Below, piece by piece: positions 17,366 through 27,375 of a stretch of 42,676 bases of DNA. The notes beneath the pieces were generated by a model that worked only from the letters and a program-made list of their open reading frames with translations, was not told the origin of the DNA and made no database searches. The first letter of the stretch is position 1. Each line of letters begins with the position of its first letter. The stretch spans positions 1-42,676 of the forward strand of contig JBBDTI010000034.1 in the NCBI GenBank assembly GCA_040904565.1, read 5' to 3'. Origin of the DNA: Rhodothermales bacterium. Its GTDB lineage: Bacteria; Bacteroidota; Rhodothermia; Rhodothermales; VXPQ01. The position numbers and the translations under genes are program-made.

Positions 17366-18853
17366 ATGCACGCCCTCGTACTGGTCGCCTGGTCGCTCGT
17401 CGTCGTCACGCCCGTGCAGTCAACGCCTCAGGTCGCTCCACCTACGGAAGGCATCGAGGCTGTTGGGTCCGTTCAAGACCCATCCGCTTTGACCTCCGCA
17501 CGGGCACTACCAAGGCAACGAACTGCGTCGTGGCTCGCACTTCCCTTTCTCGTACTTCTTCTGATGATCGCGACCGGACCGGTTTTCTACCCCGGTCACT
17601 GGCACCGGCGCTACGTGGTCTATGCCCTCGCGCTGGGCGCCATCGTCGTCCTGTATTATGTCTTCGCGCTCGGACGGCCGGGAGCGATGGTACATGCCCT
17701 GGAGGAGTACCTCTCTTTCCTCGCATTGGTCGGAGCACTATACGTTGCCTCTGGGGGTATACACGTGCAGGTCAATGCGCCGGGCACGCCGTTGACCAAC
17801 GTTATTCTGCTCGCAGTTGGGGCCGTCCTCGCGAATCTTATCGCCACGACCGGCGCGGCCATTCTCTTGATTCGACCATACCTCAGCCTTAATCGGGGCC
17901 GCATCAGACCCTATCACGTCGTCTTCTTCATCATCATCGTCGGGAATGTCGGCGGTGCCCTCCTGCCGCTCGGTGACCCACCGCTCTTCCTCGGATTTCT
18001 GCGCGGTGTTCCATTCTTTTGGACCTTCTCCCACGCATGGTACGTCTGGTCGCCGTCGCTCCTCCTCCTGCTATCTCTCTTCTATGTAATTGACCGGAGG
18101 AACCAGGCCGTTTCCACGCCGCCAGTAACGGAACGCCCCGTCCTGCGCATCCTGGGCCTCCGAAACTCAGCCTGGGTGGCAGTCATTGTGGCTGCGGTTT
18201 TCGTGGATCCGCAGGTATTCGCGTCGGTCCCTGAGGTTCGCCTTGGCAGCTGGAAGATGCCGTTCGGAGTCCGTGAGCTCGTCATGCTGTTCGCGGCCGT
18301 ATGCGCCTACCGATTCGCCGATCCCACCGCCCTGGCGGGAAACGGGTTTTCTTTCGAACCCATCCGAGAAGTAGGTTGGCTCTTTCTGGGCATATTTGCC
18401 ACGATGGTGCCGGCGTTGGAAATCGCAGGATCGGTGGCGCGGGAACACGCGCACGCGCTCGACCCCTCCACGTTCTTTTGGGCGACCGGCATTCTCTCCG
18501 GATTTCTCGACAATGCGCCAACGTACGTCAGCTTTCTTGCCGCGGCGCTGGGTGAGTTCGAACTCAATCCGGAGATCGCCTCGAACGTACAGACGTTTGC
18601 ACTGCATTCCGGACCGTTCGCTGAAGATACGTGGATCGCCCTTCAGGCCATCTCCCTAGCCGCCGTGTTCTTCGGAGCGCTGAGCTACATCGGCAACGCA
18701 CCGAACTATCTGGTGAAGTCCATCGCCGACGGCAACGGTGTGGAAGCGCCCTCCTTTGCCGGCTATCTGTTTCGTTACGCGATCCCCATCCTTACTCCCT
18801 TATATCTTCTCATCTGGCTCGTGCTGTACAGTCCGTGGGGAGTTCTTTCTTGA
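17366..18853 (+). CDS. Ion transporter (IT) superfamily permease, sodium:proton antiporter/CitMHS-like
   Basis: Many TM helices; LPLGDPPLFLGFLRGVPFFW, FLDNAPTY, YIGNAPNYLVKSIA. Start uncertain. Confidence 0.85.
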   Translation: MHALVLVAWSLVVVTPVQSTPQVAPPTEGIEAVGSVQDPSALTSARALPRQRTASWLALPFLVLLLMIATGPVFYPGHWHRRYVVYALALGAIVVLYYVFALGRPGAMVHALEEYLSFLALVGALYVASGGIHVQVNAPGTPLTNVILLAVGAVLANLIATTGAAILLIRPYLSLNRGRIRPYHVVFFIIIVGNVGGALLPLGDPPLFLGFLRGVPFFWTFSHAWYVWSPSLLLLLSLFYVIDRRNQAVSTPPVTERPVLRILGLRNSAWVAVIVAAVFVDPQVFASVPEVRLGSWKMPFGVRELVMLFAAVCAYRFADPTALAGNGFSFEPIREVGWLFLGIFATMVPALEIAGSVAREHAHALDPSTFFWATGILSGFLDNAPTYVSFLAAALGEFELNPEIASNVQTFALHSGPFAEDTWIALQAISLAAVFFGALSYIGNAPNYLVKSIADGNGVEAPSFAGYLFRYAIPILTPLYLLIWLVLYSPWGVLS

Positions 18854-18864
18854 AACGAACGAGT

Positions 18865-18919
18865 CTTAAGACTTTTTAAGCGTGCTTTCAGCTTGTTTTC
18901 AGGCACGCCGACGGATCTT
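18865..18919 (+). promoter_or_regulatory. Repeated promoter element, copy 5 (upstream of tandem USP gene)
   Basis: CTTAA-gacttt-TTAAG-cgtgct-TTCAG-cttgtt-TTCAG-N11-GATCTT. Confidence 0.85.
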
Positions 18920-19029
18920 AGGGAAAATCCGAACAGCGGCGGCTGGGTCTACCACCGTGACCCGCTCGGTTCAGCTAATCGAAGCTGTTCCCCGTCGGCC
19001 AGATATGGTAACAATATGACGAGCACCTC

Positions 19030-19887
19030 GTGAATGACTATTCCGTTTTTATCCCCGTAGCCCTCCCTTCGTCCGGTCCAGAGCTCCTCCGCGTTGCGCG
19101 CTTGCTCGCCCCGCCGGAGCGGCTCCGAATCACGGCCCTCCACTGCTGGACGGATCGCGAATTTCGATCGGAAGCCTTCGAACACCGCCATGGTGGCGTC
19201 GTCGCAAGCCCGCTGCTCCCGCTGCTGAAATCCGCCGAGGACGTTCAGGTCGACGCCCTCTGCTTCGTGAGCTCGGATATCGGTCAGGATATCCTCTCGA
19301 CGGCCGCTGAACGGCTCGCCGACCTCATCGTGATGGGGTGGCACGGGCCGATGGTTACTGATAATGAGACGCCAGGCCCCATGCACGCCGTCCTCGAATC
19401 GGCGGCCTGCGATGTCGCCATTCTGCTGCCCCGACAGTTTCGAGAGATACGACGCGTGCTCGTGCCGTTCTACGGAGGCATGCACGATCGCCGCGCCGTC
19501 GACATGGCGGTTCGGATGGCAGCGATGCCGGGCCTGCGAGTGACCGTCTTGCACGTCGTGCCCCCGCCGTCGCCGGAGTCCAGCCATGCGGGCCTCCGCG
19601 CCAGGCTCGTAGACGACGTCTCGAACGGTCGTGTGCGAGTGAAATTGGTGGAAGACGACGACCCCGTAAACGCGATCATCCGCGAGGCGTGGATGGGGTA
19701 TGACCTGCTCGTCGCCGGAGCCTCAGAAACGTGGGGAATAGACTCGACGCTGTTTTCCGAACCACTCCGAAGGCTTGCCTTTGCGACGCCGGCATCGCTG
19801 CTGGTCGTGCGCGCAGGCGATTCGGTGCCAGCCGACCGCCGCGCAAAGCGGGGCGCCCCTCAAGGTCGCGCCGAATTAGCGACGTGA
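19030..19887 (+). CDS. Tandem universal stress protein (USP) domain protein
   Basis: Two USP-like domains (IPVA...ADLIVMGWH; RRVLVPFYGG...YDLLVAGA...SLLVVR); paralog of 30781-31644. Confidence 0.85.
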   Translation: MNDYSVFIPVALPSSGPELLRVARLLAPPERLRITALHCWTDREFRSEAFEHRHGGVVASPLLPLLKSAEDVQVDALCFVSSDIGQDILSTAAERLADLIVMGWHGPMVTDNETPGPMHAVLESAACDVAILLPRQFREIRRVLVPFYGGMHDRRAVDMAVRMAAMPGLRVTVLHVVPPPSPESSHAGLRARLVDDVSNGRVRVKLVEDDDPVNAIIREAWMGYDLLVAGASETWGIDSTLFSEPLRRLAFATPASLLVVRAGDSVPADRRAKRGAPQGRAELAT

Positions 19888-19909
19888 CTGCATCACTTGG
19901 AGGTTGTAC

Positions 19910-20551
19910 ATGGACAATGCCGTCGCTCTCGTACGAACCTACCTGCACGTAAACGGCTACTTTACAGTCTGCGAGTACCCTGTGCTCGAAGCGGCCCGCC
20001 GTTCTTATCGGACGGTGACCGATCTGGACGTTCTCGCCGTGCGCTTTCCCGGGGCCGGGCGCTTCGTCGGCGGATCGATCGACGCGCGTCGTGATGTAGA
20101 CAGTCGGTTCGAGCCGGACGCCGTGCTGGGCGTCGCCGGTTCAGCGCCCGACATGCTCATCGGCGAGATCAAGGAGGGACGGCCGCGCCTCAATGAAGCG
20201 GCCACCGATGTGCTGACGCTGCAGGCTGCCATGGTGCGATTTGGATGCTGCTCCGCGGACGAAGCCGCCTCGCTCGCGGACGACGTCGTCCGCCAAGGCT
20301 CGACCCGCTCGCCGCACGGCCACCGTATTCGTCTGGTGATATTCGCCTCAACCGGCGACGCCACGATGCGGGACGGTATTCGAGTCGTCCCCTTGGGTCA
20401 TGTCGTTCACTTTCTAGAGGAGTACCTCGAAGAAAACTGGGACGTGCTCCGTCATGCCCAGTTCAAAGACCCTGCATTCGGATTCCTGATGACGCTCGCG
20501 AAGGCTCGGAGGGCGGGCGGCCCTTCGGGACACGCGGGCAGAACTCCGTGA
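19910..20551 (+). CDS. Hypothetical protein, possible PD-(D/E)XK-like fold
   Basis: GGAGG RBS before ATG; TDLDVLA...LIGEIKEG pattern. Confidence 0.75.
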   Translation: MDNAVALVRTYLHVNGYFTVCEYPVLEAARRSYRTVTDLDVLAVRFPGAGRFVGGSIDARRDVDSRFEPDAVLGVAGSAPDMLIGEIKEGRPRLNEAATDVLTLQAAMVRFGCCSADEAASLADDVVRQGSTRSPHGHRIRLVIFASTGDATMRDGIRVVPLGHVVHFLEEYLEENWDVLRHAQFKDPAFGFLMTLAKARRAGGPSGHAGRTP

Positions 20552-20635
20552 GTCACTGTGTCACTCCGACCCGAAGCCCATCGAATCACCAAATGGACAA
20601 CGACCGTGAACGGGAACACCCTACATAAACTGTAG

Positions 20636-21569
20636 ATGGTGCTCATGCTGATGTTGGGTTTCGTGGCAGGTGCCGCGTGGCAGTTATCGAGTCCGTATTC
20701 CGATCCACACGAAAGCACTCCCCGACCGCCCGTACCGCGTACGGATCTTCCCGTGCCGGAGCGCGCCACAATTTCCCTGTTTGAACAGGCGTCGCCGTCG
20801 GTCGCCTTCATTACAACCACAGGACTTCGGAGAGACCGGTTTAGTCTCCAGCTCACAGAAATTCCTCAGGGAACCGGCTCCGGATTCTTATGGGACAGCC
20901 TCGAGAACGTGGTCACTAATTTTCACGTGATCCAGAACGCGGATCGCGCCCAGGTCACCCTGGCCGATCAGACGACCTGGCCGGCACGGCTCGTGGGTGC
21001 GGCGCCCGAGAAGGATCTCGCCGTCCTGCAGATCGACGCGCCCAAAACTGTGCTCCGCCCCGTTCCGCTGGGGACGTCGGACGATCTGCGCGTAGGTCAG
21101 TCCGTCTACGCGATCGGAAACCCTTTCGGTCCGGACCAGACGCTTACTACCGGAGTCATCAGTACCCTCGGGTGCGTACGCGGGTGTTGGCTTCTCCATT
21201 CCTGTCGATGCGGTGGGCTGGGTCGTGCCTGACTTTATCGAGTACGGTCGGGTGCAGCGTCCCGGCGTTGGCGTAGAGCTCGCCTCTTCCCAGGTAGCTC
21301 AACGATTCGGTCTCGAAGGCGCGCTCGTACTTCACGTGGAACCTGGCGGTCCCGCTGCTGAGGCGGGCATCCGCCCCACCGAGCGGGATCGTCTCGGCCG
21401 TATCGCGCTTGGTGACGCGGTCACAGCCGTAGACGACGAACCCATCCGCTCTCGAGACGACTTCATCCTTGCTCTGGAACGCAGAGAGCCCGGCGAGACG
21501 ATACGGCTCACCATTCGTCGGAATGGCCGTGAGCAGGTGCTACCGATTACGCTCGGCGGTCCCGACTGA
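20636..21569 (+). pseudogene. htrA: HtrA/DegP family serine protease with internal deletion and frameshift
   Basis: GTGSGF, VTNFHV, DLAVL, AIGNPFG, TTGVIS, then a jump at about 21170 to GAYAGVGFSIPVD and a PDZ domain in another frame. The QTDAAINPGNSGG segment is absent. Confidence 0.88.
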
Positions 21570-21652
21570 ACCGATCAGCATCTCTTGTCGAAACCGTCTC
21601 GGTGGTCCGTACCCGAGTGGGATGACAGATCCGGACGGGATGTAACTAACCT

Positions 21653-21705
21653 TTGAACATGTTAAGGCGGTTCTCAGGTTGCGTTAAGGTTACGCCCCCT
21701 AGCTT
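21653..21705 (+). promoter_or_regulatory. Repeated promoter element, copy 6 (upstream of copA)
   Basis: TTGAA-catg-TTAAG-gcggtt-CTCAG-gttgcg-TTAAG-N11-TAGCTT. Confidence 0.8.
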
Positions 21706-21796
21706 TCCCCAAGAACGATGCCTTCCGTCGAGTGAAGCGGCCGGTGGGTCTCGTTGGACTTCGAACGAAACCGACTCACATAAAGCGGTACGGGAC

Positions 21797-24007
21797 ATGA
21801 AAGATCATTCCTGCCACGAGCACGACCACACCGCACCTCACGAGCAGCTGGAATCACCGGTGGTTGCTCCATCGCAGACGCACCGCCGAGCGCAGGCAGG
21901 AAACGAGCCGAACGGCTTGCGTCCGCCGGGCGCTTCCGGCGACGGCGCAGTATCGACCCCGTTGCGGGAGGTCCGAGCAACGGAGGCGCCAACAGAAACC
22001 GAGCATCGGGCAGAGTATCGTAGCCTGATGAAAAAGTGGTGGTTCAGCGCCGCCATTTCCATCCCGGTTATCTTTTTCAGCTATCCGTCGCTCTTCGGCC
22101 TCGGCGACCTCCTGCCGGCGGGCAGCGACGCGCTTCGCCTGGTGTGGGGCGGCTTGGGCCTGCTGAGCCTCCCGGTCCTGCTCTGGGCAGGGAGTCAGTT
22201 TTTCGAGGGCGCGTGGCACGGATTCAAGCACCGTTCGGCTAACATGCATACGCTCATCGCCCTCGGCACGACGGCGGCGTGGATGTATTCCACGGCAGCC
22301 GTGATCTTCCCGGGCATCTTCCCCTCTGCTGAGCTCGCCGAGGTCTATTACGACGTCACCACTGTGGTGGTCGCGCTCGTGGTGCTCGGGCTTGCCCTGG
22401 AAGTAAAAGCCCGCGGGCGAAGTAGCGAGGCCATAAAGAAGCTCATGGGCCTGCAGGCCAGAACGGCACGAATCGTCCGAGACGGAAAGGAGATCGACGT
22501 TCCGGTCGAAGATGTCGTTGTTGGAGATGTCGTCGTCGTGCGGCCGGGCGAGAAAATCCCCGTCGACGGGGAGTTGATTGCCGGTGCGTCGGCAGTCGAC
22601 GAATCCATGGTCACCGGTGAAAGCCTCCCGACCGAGAAGACGCCGGGCGACGAAGTCATCGGGGCCACGGTGAATAAAACAGGGTCGTTCCGGATGCGGG
22701 CGTCGAAAGTCGGAAATGACACGGTGCTCTCTAATATCGTGCGCATGGTGCAGGATGCCCAGGCGACGAAGGTGCCGATTCAGAGAACCGTCGACGCCGT
22801 GGCCGGCTACTTCGTACCCGCCGTACTCATCTTGGGGATAGTCACCTTCGTCCTGTGGTTCGTCTTCGGGCCCGTTCCAGCCCTCGCGTATGCCACCATC
22901 ACGTTTGTGACCGTTCTGATAATCGCCTGCCCGTGTGCGCTGGGGCTGGCAACGCCCATCAGCCTGATGGTCGGCGTGGGAAAAGCGGCCGAGCATGGCG
23001 TTCTCATCCGAGGCGGCGAAGCGCTCCAAGCCTCCCGAACGCTGGACGCAGTCGTGCTCGACAAGACAGGCACGATTACGAGGGGTCAGCCCGCCCTCAC
23101 CGATGTGGTCGCCGCATCCGGCATCGACGAGAAAACAATGCTCAGGCTCGCGGGGGCGCTCGAGAAGAACTCCGAGCATCCGCTGGCCTCTGCCATCGTC
23201 GAGGGCATCGCGACGCACGGCATCGACATTCCCGAGGCAGATCGTTTCGAGGCCGTGCCGGGCCACGGGGTCGAAGGCACCGTTGAAGGCCGCTCCGTGC
23301 TGCTGGGCAACGCCAAGCTGATGCGCGATCGCGCCATAGACGCCGGCGTCCTCGAGCAGAAGGCGCTCCGCCTTGCGGACGACGGGAAGACGCCCATGTA
23401 TGTGGCCGTCGACGGTACGATCGCCGGGCTCGTCGCCGTCGCCGACACGGTCAAGGAAGACAGTGTCGAGGCGATCCGTGCGATGGAGCGTATGGGTCTC
23501 GAGGTCGTGATGATAACGGGCGACAACCGCCGCACGGCCGAAGCTATCGCCCGCCAGGTGGGCATCCGCCGCGTTCTGGCCGAGGTGCTGCCGCAGGACA
23601 AGGCGCACGAGGTCCAGAAGCTGCAGCTCGAAGGAAAGAAGGTCGGCATGGTCGGCGACGGCATCAACGATGCGCCGGCGCTCGCACAGGCCGACGTGGG
23701 CTTTGCCATCGGTACCGGCACGGATGTGGCGATCGAGGCGTCGGACGTCACGCTCGTGGGCGGAAGTCTCAAGGGCGTAGCCCTGGCCATACAGATCAGC
23801 CGTGCCACGATGCGCAACGTGTTCCAGAACCTGTTCGGAGCCTTCATCTACAACTCGGCCGGACTGCCGATCGCGGCGGGCATCTTCTACCCCTTCTTCG
23901 GCATCCTGCTGAGCCCGCTGCTCGCGGCGGCGGCCATGGCCTTTAGCTCGGTCACGGTCGTGACGAATGCGAACCGGCTCCGATCATTCAAACCAGAGGT
24001 GATATAG
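21797..24007 (+). CDS. copA: P1B-1 type Cu(I)-translocating P-type ATPase
   Basis: [46 protein letters not shown]. His-rich N-terminus (HSCHEHDH), no CxxC HMA domain. Confidence 0.95.
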   Translation: MKDHSCHEHDHTAPHEQLESPVVAPSQTHRRAQAGNEPNGLRPPGASGDGAVSTPLREVRATEAPTETEHRAEYRSLMKKWWFSAAISIPVIFFSYPSLFGLGDLLPAGSDALRLVWGGLGLLSLPVLLWAGSQFFEGAWHGFKHRSANMHTLIALGTTAAWMYSTAAVIFPGIFPSAELAEVYYDVTTVVVALVVLGLALEVKARGRSSEAIKKLMGLQARTARIVRDGKEIDVPVEDVVVGDVVVVRPGEKIPVDGELIAGASAVDESMVTGESLPTEKTPGDEVIGATVNKTGSFRMRASKVGNDTVLSNIVRMVQDAQATKVPIQRTVDAVAGYFVPAVLILGIVTFVLWFVFGPVPALAYATITFVTVLIIACPCALGLATPISLMVGVGKAAEHGVLIRGGEALQASRTLDAVVLDKTGTITRGQPALTDVVAASGIDEKTMLRLAGALEKNSEHPLASAIVEGIATHGIDIPEADRFEAVPGHGVEGTVEGRSVLLGNAKLMRDRAIDAGVLEQKALRLADDGKTPMYVAVDGTIAGLVAVADTVKEDSVEAIRAMERMGLEVVMITGDNRRTAEAIARQVGIRRVLAEVLPQDKAHEVQKLQLEGKKVGMVGDGINDAPALAQADVGFAIGTGTDVAIEASDVTLVGGSLKGVALAIQISRATMRNVFQNLFGAFIYNSAGLPIAAGIFYPFFGILLSPLLAAAAMAFSSVTVVTNANRLRSFKPEVI

Positions 24008-24009
24008 CC

Positions 24010-24384
24010 ATGACTGCCAATCTCATCGTCATTCTTACAGGTATCCTGCTGTCGATCGGTGTCGCCTGGTTTTTCTGGGGCGGCAAACGGAAAGGCGTAC
24101 GCGCCGCGCTGACCTCCGGCGGCTACCAGGAGGCCCTCGTACTCGTGAAGGGCGGCTATTCGCCCGACAGGATCATCGTGCAGCGCGGCAAGCCCGTCCG
24201 GTTGTCTTTCCTCAGGGAAGAGTCGAACGCCTGCTCCGAAACGGTGGTGTTTCCCGATTTCCGCAAGTCGGCCAGGTTGCCGGAAGGCAGGACGGTCCCG
24301 ATCGAGTTCATTCCGGACACGGCCGGAGAGTTCGACTTCCAGTGCCAGATGGGCATGTTTCGCGGAAAGCTCGTCGTTCAATAA
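24010..24384 (+). CDS. Membrane-anchored cupredoxin-domain protein (CupA-like copper chaperone)
   Basis: N-terminal TM helix, GGYSPDRIIVQRGKPVRL, NACSE, FQCQMGMFRGKL; starts 2 nt after copA. Confidence 0.88.
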   Translation: MTANLIVILTGILLSIGVAWFFWGGKRKGVRAALTSGGYQEALVLVKGGYSPDRIIVQRGKPVRLSFLREESNACSETVVFPDFRKSARLPEGRTVPIEFIPDTAGEFDFQCQMGMFRGKLVVQ

Positions 24385-24435
24385 GTGCGTCCGACCGCCG
24401 ACCGCATCGGCAAGGCCGGTCAGTCGGCGAACAAA

Positions 24436-24461
24436 AGTCGGCATCGCCCTTGATGCCGACT
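24436..24461. terminator. Hairpin downstream of the copA-cupredoxin pair
   Basis: Perfect 10-bp stem AGTCGGCATC/GATGCCGACT with a 6-nt loop. No U-tract on the plus strand, short one on the minus strand. Confidence 0.4.
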
Positions 24462-24628
24462 GCAAATCAGAAGAAACATGAAGACGCTATCTAGATCACT
24501 CGCGCTCGGCGGCGGATGGCGGGAAGCGAAGCCGGTCTCCGCCTTGTGGCGCTCCATTTAGAGTACCAGCGAATGAATTCGCAGGCCGTGTCACCGACCG
24601 TTCAATCGGAGAGAAGCAACGACCAACC

Positions 24629-26584
24629 ATGCAGCGTCCGAAGATTCAGCTCGCTATCCTATGGCATCAGCATCAGCCGATGTACGCCCACCCAACCGCC
24701 GAGTCGCGGCGAGGTCGCTTCGGCCAACCGTGGGTCCGCCTGCATGCGATCCGAGACTATTATTCGATGGCCGCACTTATCGCCGAGCATCCGGATCTCC
24801 ACCTCACGATTAATCTGACGCCGGTGCTGCTTCGGCAAATTGAAGATTACACGGAAGGCGCTACGGATATCGCCCTCGATCTGACGCGCCGTCCCGCAGA
24901 AGATCTTTCACCGGAAGAACGGGAACGGATTCTTACGACCTTCTTCGACGCAGACTGGCATCACCAGATATTTCCGCATCTTCGCTACAAGGAACTATTC
25001 GAGCGACGCCGAGAAGGTGCTGACTTTACGTCGCAGGAGGTCCGCGACCTTCAGATGTGGTTCAATCTGGCCTGGTTTGGAAAGGAGTTTCGAGACGGGG
25101 ACGTACAGCTCATCACGGGCGAAACTGTGACCGTGAGCCACTTCGTCGAGCTAGGCGAGGGATTTACCGTCGAGCAGATTGGAGCCATGATCGAGGAACA
25201 GCTCAAGATTCTCCGCGCCGTCGTTCCCGTACACCGCGCGTTGCAGGATCGCGGACAGATCGAGGTATCCACAACACCGTTCTACCACCCTATCCTCCCC
25301 CTTCTTATCGACTCCGACTCTGCCACCCTCGACCGCGCCGGTGCCACCCTGCCGAACCGCTTCGCCTATCCGCAAGACGCCGATGCCCAGGTGAAACGCG
25401 CCGTCGACTTCTACACTGCCCGATTCGGCCGCCGGCCTCGCGGAATGTGGCCGGCCGAGGGCGCCGTCAGCCAGTCGGTCGTCCCCATCTTTGCGCGCCA
25501 CGGTGTCGAGTGGATCGCCACGGACAGAGACGTGCTCTTACACTCCGGCCGCTGGGGGTATGAAGCCTATCGGGGAGACGTCCTCTGCCGTCCGTATCGC
25601 GCGGAGGCTGGCAGCCATGCGATCAGCGTCTTTTTCCGGGATCCCGAACTCTCGGACGCCGTGGGGTTCCACTACTACGATTATTCGGATTATCATGCGG
25701 CCGCCAGACACTTCGTAGATACAATGAAGCGCCACTGCGTACACGGCGGTGATCGCATCCACACGGTCATCCTCGACGGCGAGAACGCATGGGGAGCCTA
25801 CCGCGAGGACGCCCGGCCTTTTCTGCACGCTCTATACGGACTGCTCGAAAGCGACCCAGAGATCGTCACCGTTACGCTTGCTGAATACCTGTCGGGGAAT
25901 GCCACACGAGGTATCCGTCCGCATTCGCTGTACGAGCAGGAGAAGGTGCACGATCTTTACAGCGGCTCGTGGATTGATGAGATGGGCTCGGCGCCGGGCC
26001 CGGATCACGGTACGTGGATCGGCGAAGAGGAAGAAAACAGGGCCTGGGAACTGCTGCTCCAGGCGCGCGAGTCACTCGACGCTGCCGGCGCTACGCCCGA
26101 TTCGACCCCGGACGCGTTCGAATCGCTCTACGCTGCGGAAGGCAGCGACTGGTTCTGGTGGTTCGGTGCCGACCAGGACTCCGGACGCGACTGGGAATTC
26201 GACGAGCTCTTTCGAGCCCATTTGCGAAACGTGTACCGCGCCCTCGGCCGTTCCGCTCCATCGGAGCTGGATCGGCCTGTCGTTCCGCACGTTGCCGTGT
26301 GGACGTTTTCCGATCCTATTTCGAGCGTCTGGAAAGGAGACCGGCTGAGCATCCAGACGCACTGCCCGGGCGACCTTACCTGGCACTGGGATGCCGAGCC
26401 GGCGGCCACCACACCTCTCGAACCTGCAGGCGGCGTCATGGCCGGGACCGGCCGCTATTACAAGACCCTCGAGGTACCAATCGGCGCCCACAGACTGCAT
26501 TTCACGTTCGGGTGCACGCACCGAGACTGCGACGAACGAGATGTCTGCTGCCGCGAGGCCTATCAGGTCGTTCAGGTACGCTGA
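24629..26584 (+). CDS. Glycoside hydrolase family 57 (amylopullulanase-like)
   Basis: LWHQHQP, WVRLHA, PFYHPILPL, WPAEGAVS, ILDGENAW, AEGSDWFWW; extra C-terminal beta domain with a Cys cluster. Confidence 0.92.
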   Translation: MQRPKIQLAILWHQHQPMYAHPTAESRRGRFGQPWVRLHAIRDYYSMAALIAEHPDLHLTINLTPVLLRQIEDYTEGATDIALDLTRRPAEDLSPEERERILTTFFDADWHHQIFPHLRYKELFERRREGADFTSQEVRDLQMWFNLAWFGKEFRDGDVQLITGETVTVSHFVELGEGFTVEQIGAMIEEQLKILRAVVPVHRALQDRGQIEVSTTPFYHPILPLLIDSDSATLDRAGATLPNRFAYPQDADAQVKRAVDFYTARFGRRPRGMWPAEGAVSQSVVPIFARHGVEWIATDRDVLLHSGRWGYEAYRGDVLCRPYRAEAGSHAISVFFRDPELSDAVGFHYYDYSDYHAAARHFVDTMKRHCVHGGDRIHTVILDGENAWGAYREDARPFLHALYGLLESDPEIVTVTLAEYLSGNATRGIRPHSLYEQEKVHDLYSGSWIDEMGSAPGPDHGTWIGEEEENRAWELLLQARESLDAAGATPDSTPDAFESLYAAEGSDWFWWFGADQDSGRDWEFDELFRAHLRNVYRALGRSAPSELDRPVVPHVAVWTFSDPISSVWKGDRLSIQTHCPGDLTWHWDAEPAATTPLEPAGGVMAGTGRYYKTLEVPIGAHRLHFTFGCTHRDCDERDVCCREAYQVVQVR

Positions 26585-26713
26585 TCGGCTCCGCTGCTGA
26601 TGCGGCGAAGGATCGCTCTCGCATCGCGGACCTAACTAATCGGTTCTATTTCCCCGAGCGGCTCCCGACAAGCAGTTCGACGCAAGTGTCCTCCGGCCCT
26701 CAGTATCCGCGCA

Positions 26714-26959
26714 TTATATCATCGGTAGCAACCACCTGGCATCCCGGGACGTCAAGGAGTAGCGGTCCCAGCGCCGTCCGGCCTGGACGTCGAACGCTTC
26801 GAGGCAGCATGGACGAACGAATACGATCGTCGGAGCTTCCGGCAGCGCATCGGGATCACTTAGAAGCTGGATGTCCCGATGGTCTTCAACATCCGTCTCG
26901 CATATCGAACAGCAGTAGATCGGTGCTCCCGTTTGAGCATCGCACTTCATTTTGGTCAT
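26714..26959 (-). CDS. Small Cys-rich hypothetical protein
   Basis: MTKMKC...YCCSICE...RPCCLE. It is the clearest ORF downstream of the minus-strand promoter copy. Confidence 0.55.
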   Translation of the reverse strand: MTKMKCDAQTGAPIYCCSICETDVEDHRDIQLLSDPDALPEAPTIVFVRPCCLEAFDVQAGRRWDRYSLTSRDARWLLPMI

Positions 26960-27083
26960 GGTTTTGCCCCGTCTGGTTGGTGCAATGAAGCCCGACACAT
27001 CCGTCACGATGACCGTTGCATCGGCCGTACACCGACTCGGCCCTCCGGGCTCGAGTCGGGAGGTATCTCAACGTTCCTCAAAT

Positions 27084-27127
27084 AGGATACGTGATCGCAC
27101 CTTAAGAGAACCTGAAGCTCATCTTAA
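27084..27127 (-). promoter_or_regulatory. Repeated promoter element, copy 7 (minus strand)
   Basis: Minus strand reads TTAAG-atgagc-TTCAG-gttctc-TTAAG-N11-TATCCT; no inverted first box. Confidence 0.8.
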
Positions 27128-27274
27128 AAACAATCTCCCGACTCATCGCACTCACCAATCAGCGAAGCACAACGATCATCGCTTTCGCCGGCGGATCGTT
27201 ACAATTCGATGACGCGAACGTGGTTTTCCTTCGAGCACGAAGATCTGGCGAGGTCAGGGTGCATACGACGCGAG

Positions 27275-27329
27275 CTTAACGCATTTTAAGCTCGCTTTCA
27301 GGTTGTATTAAGCCATGTCTTCGTTTCTT
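27275..27329 (+). promoter_or_regulatory. Repeated promoter element, copy 8 (upstream of second SPW protein)
   Basis: CTTAA-cgcatt-TTAAG-ctcgct-TTCAG-gttgta-TTAAG-N11-TTTCTT. Confidence 0.85.
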
Positions 27330-27375
27330 GACCTGTAGCATTGGAGGTCACCCGAATTATACCGAGGTACATGAG

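Noticed and set aside
24478-24628. MKTLSRSLALGG... as a gene after the cupredoxin
   Set aside because: Only a signal-peptide-like start with no recognisable continuation; possibly a remnant but unsupported.
26886-27071. 61-aa minus-strand ORF as the target of promoter copy 7
   Set aside because: Its TTG start lies almost at the predicted TSS, it runs through a strong hairpin and overlaps the better Cys-motif ORF. Not fully excluded.
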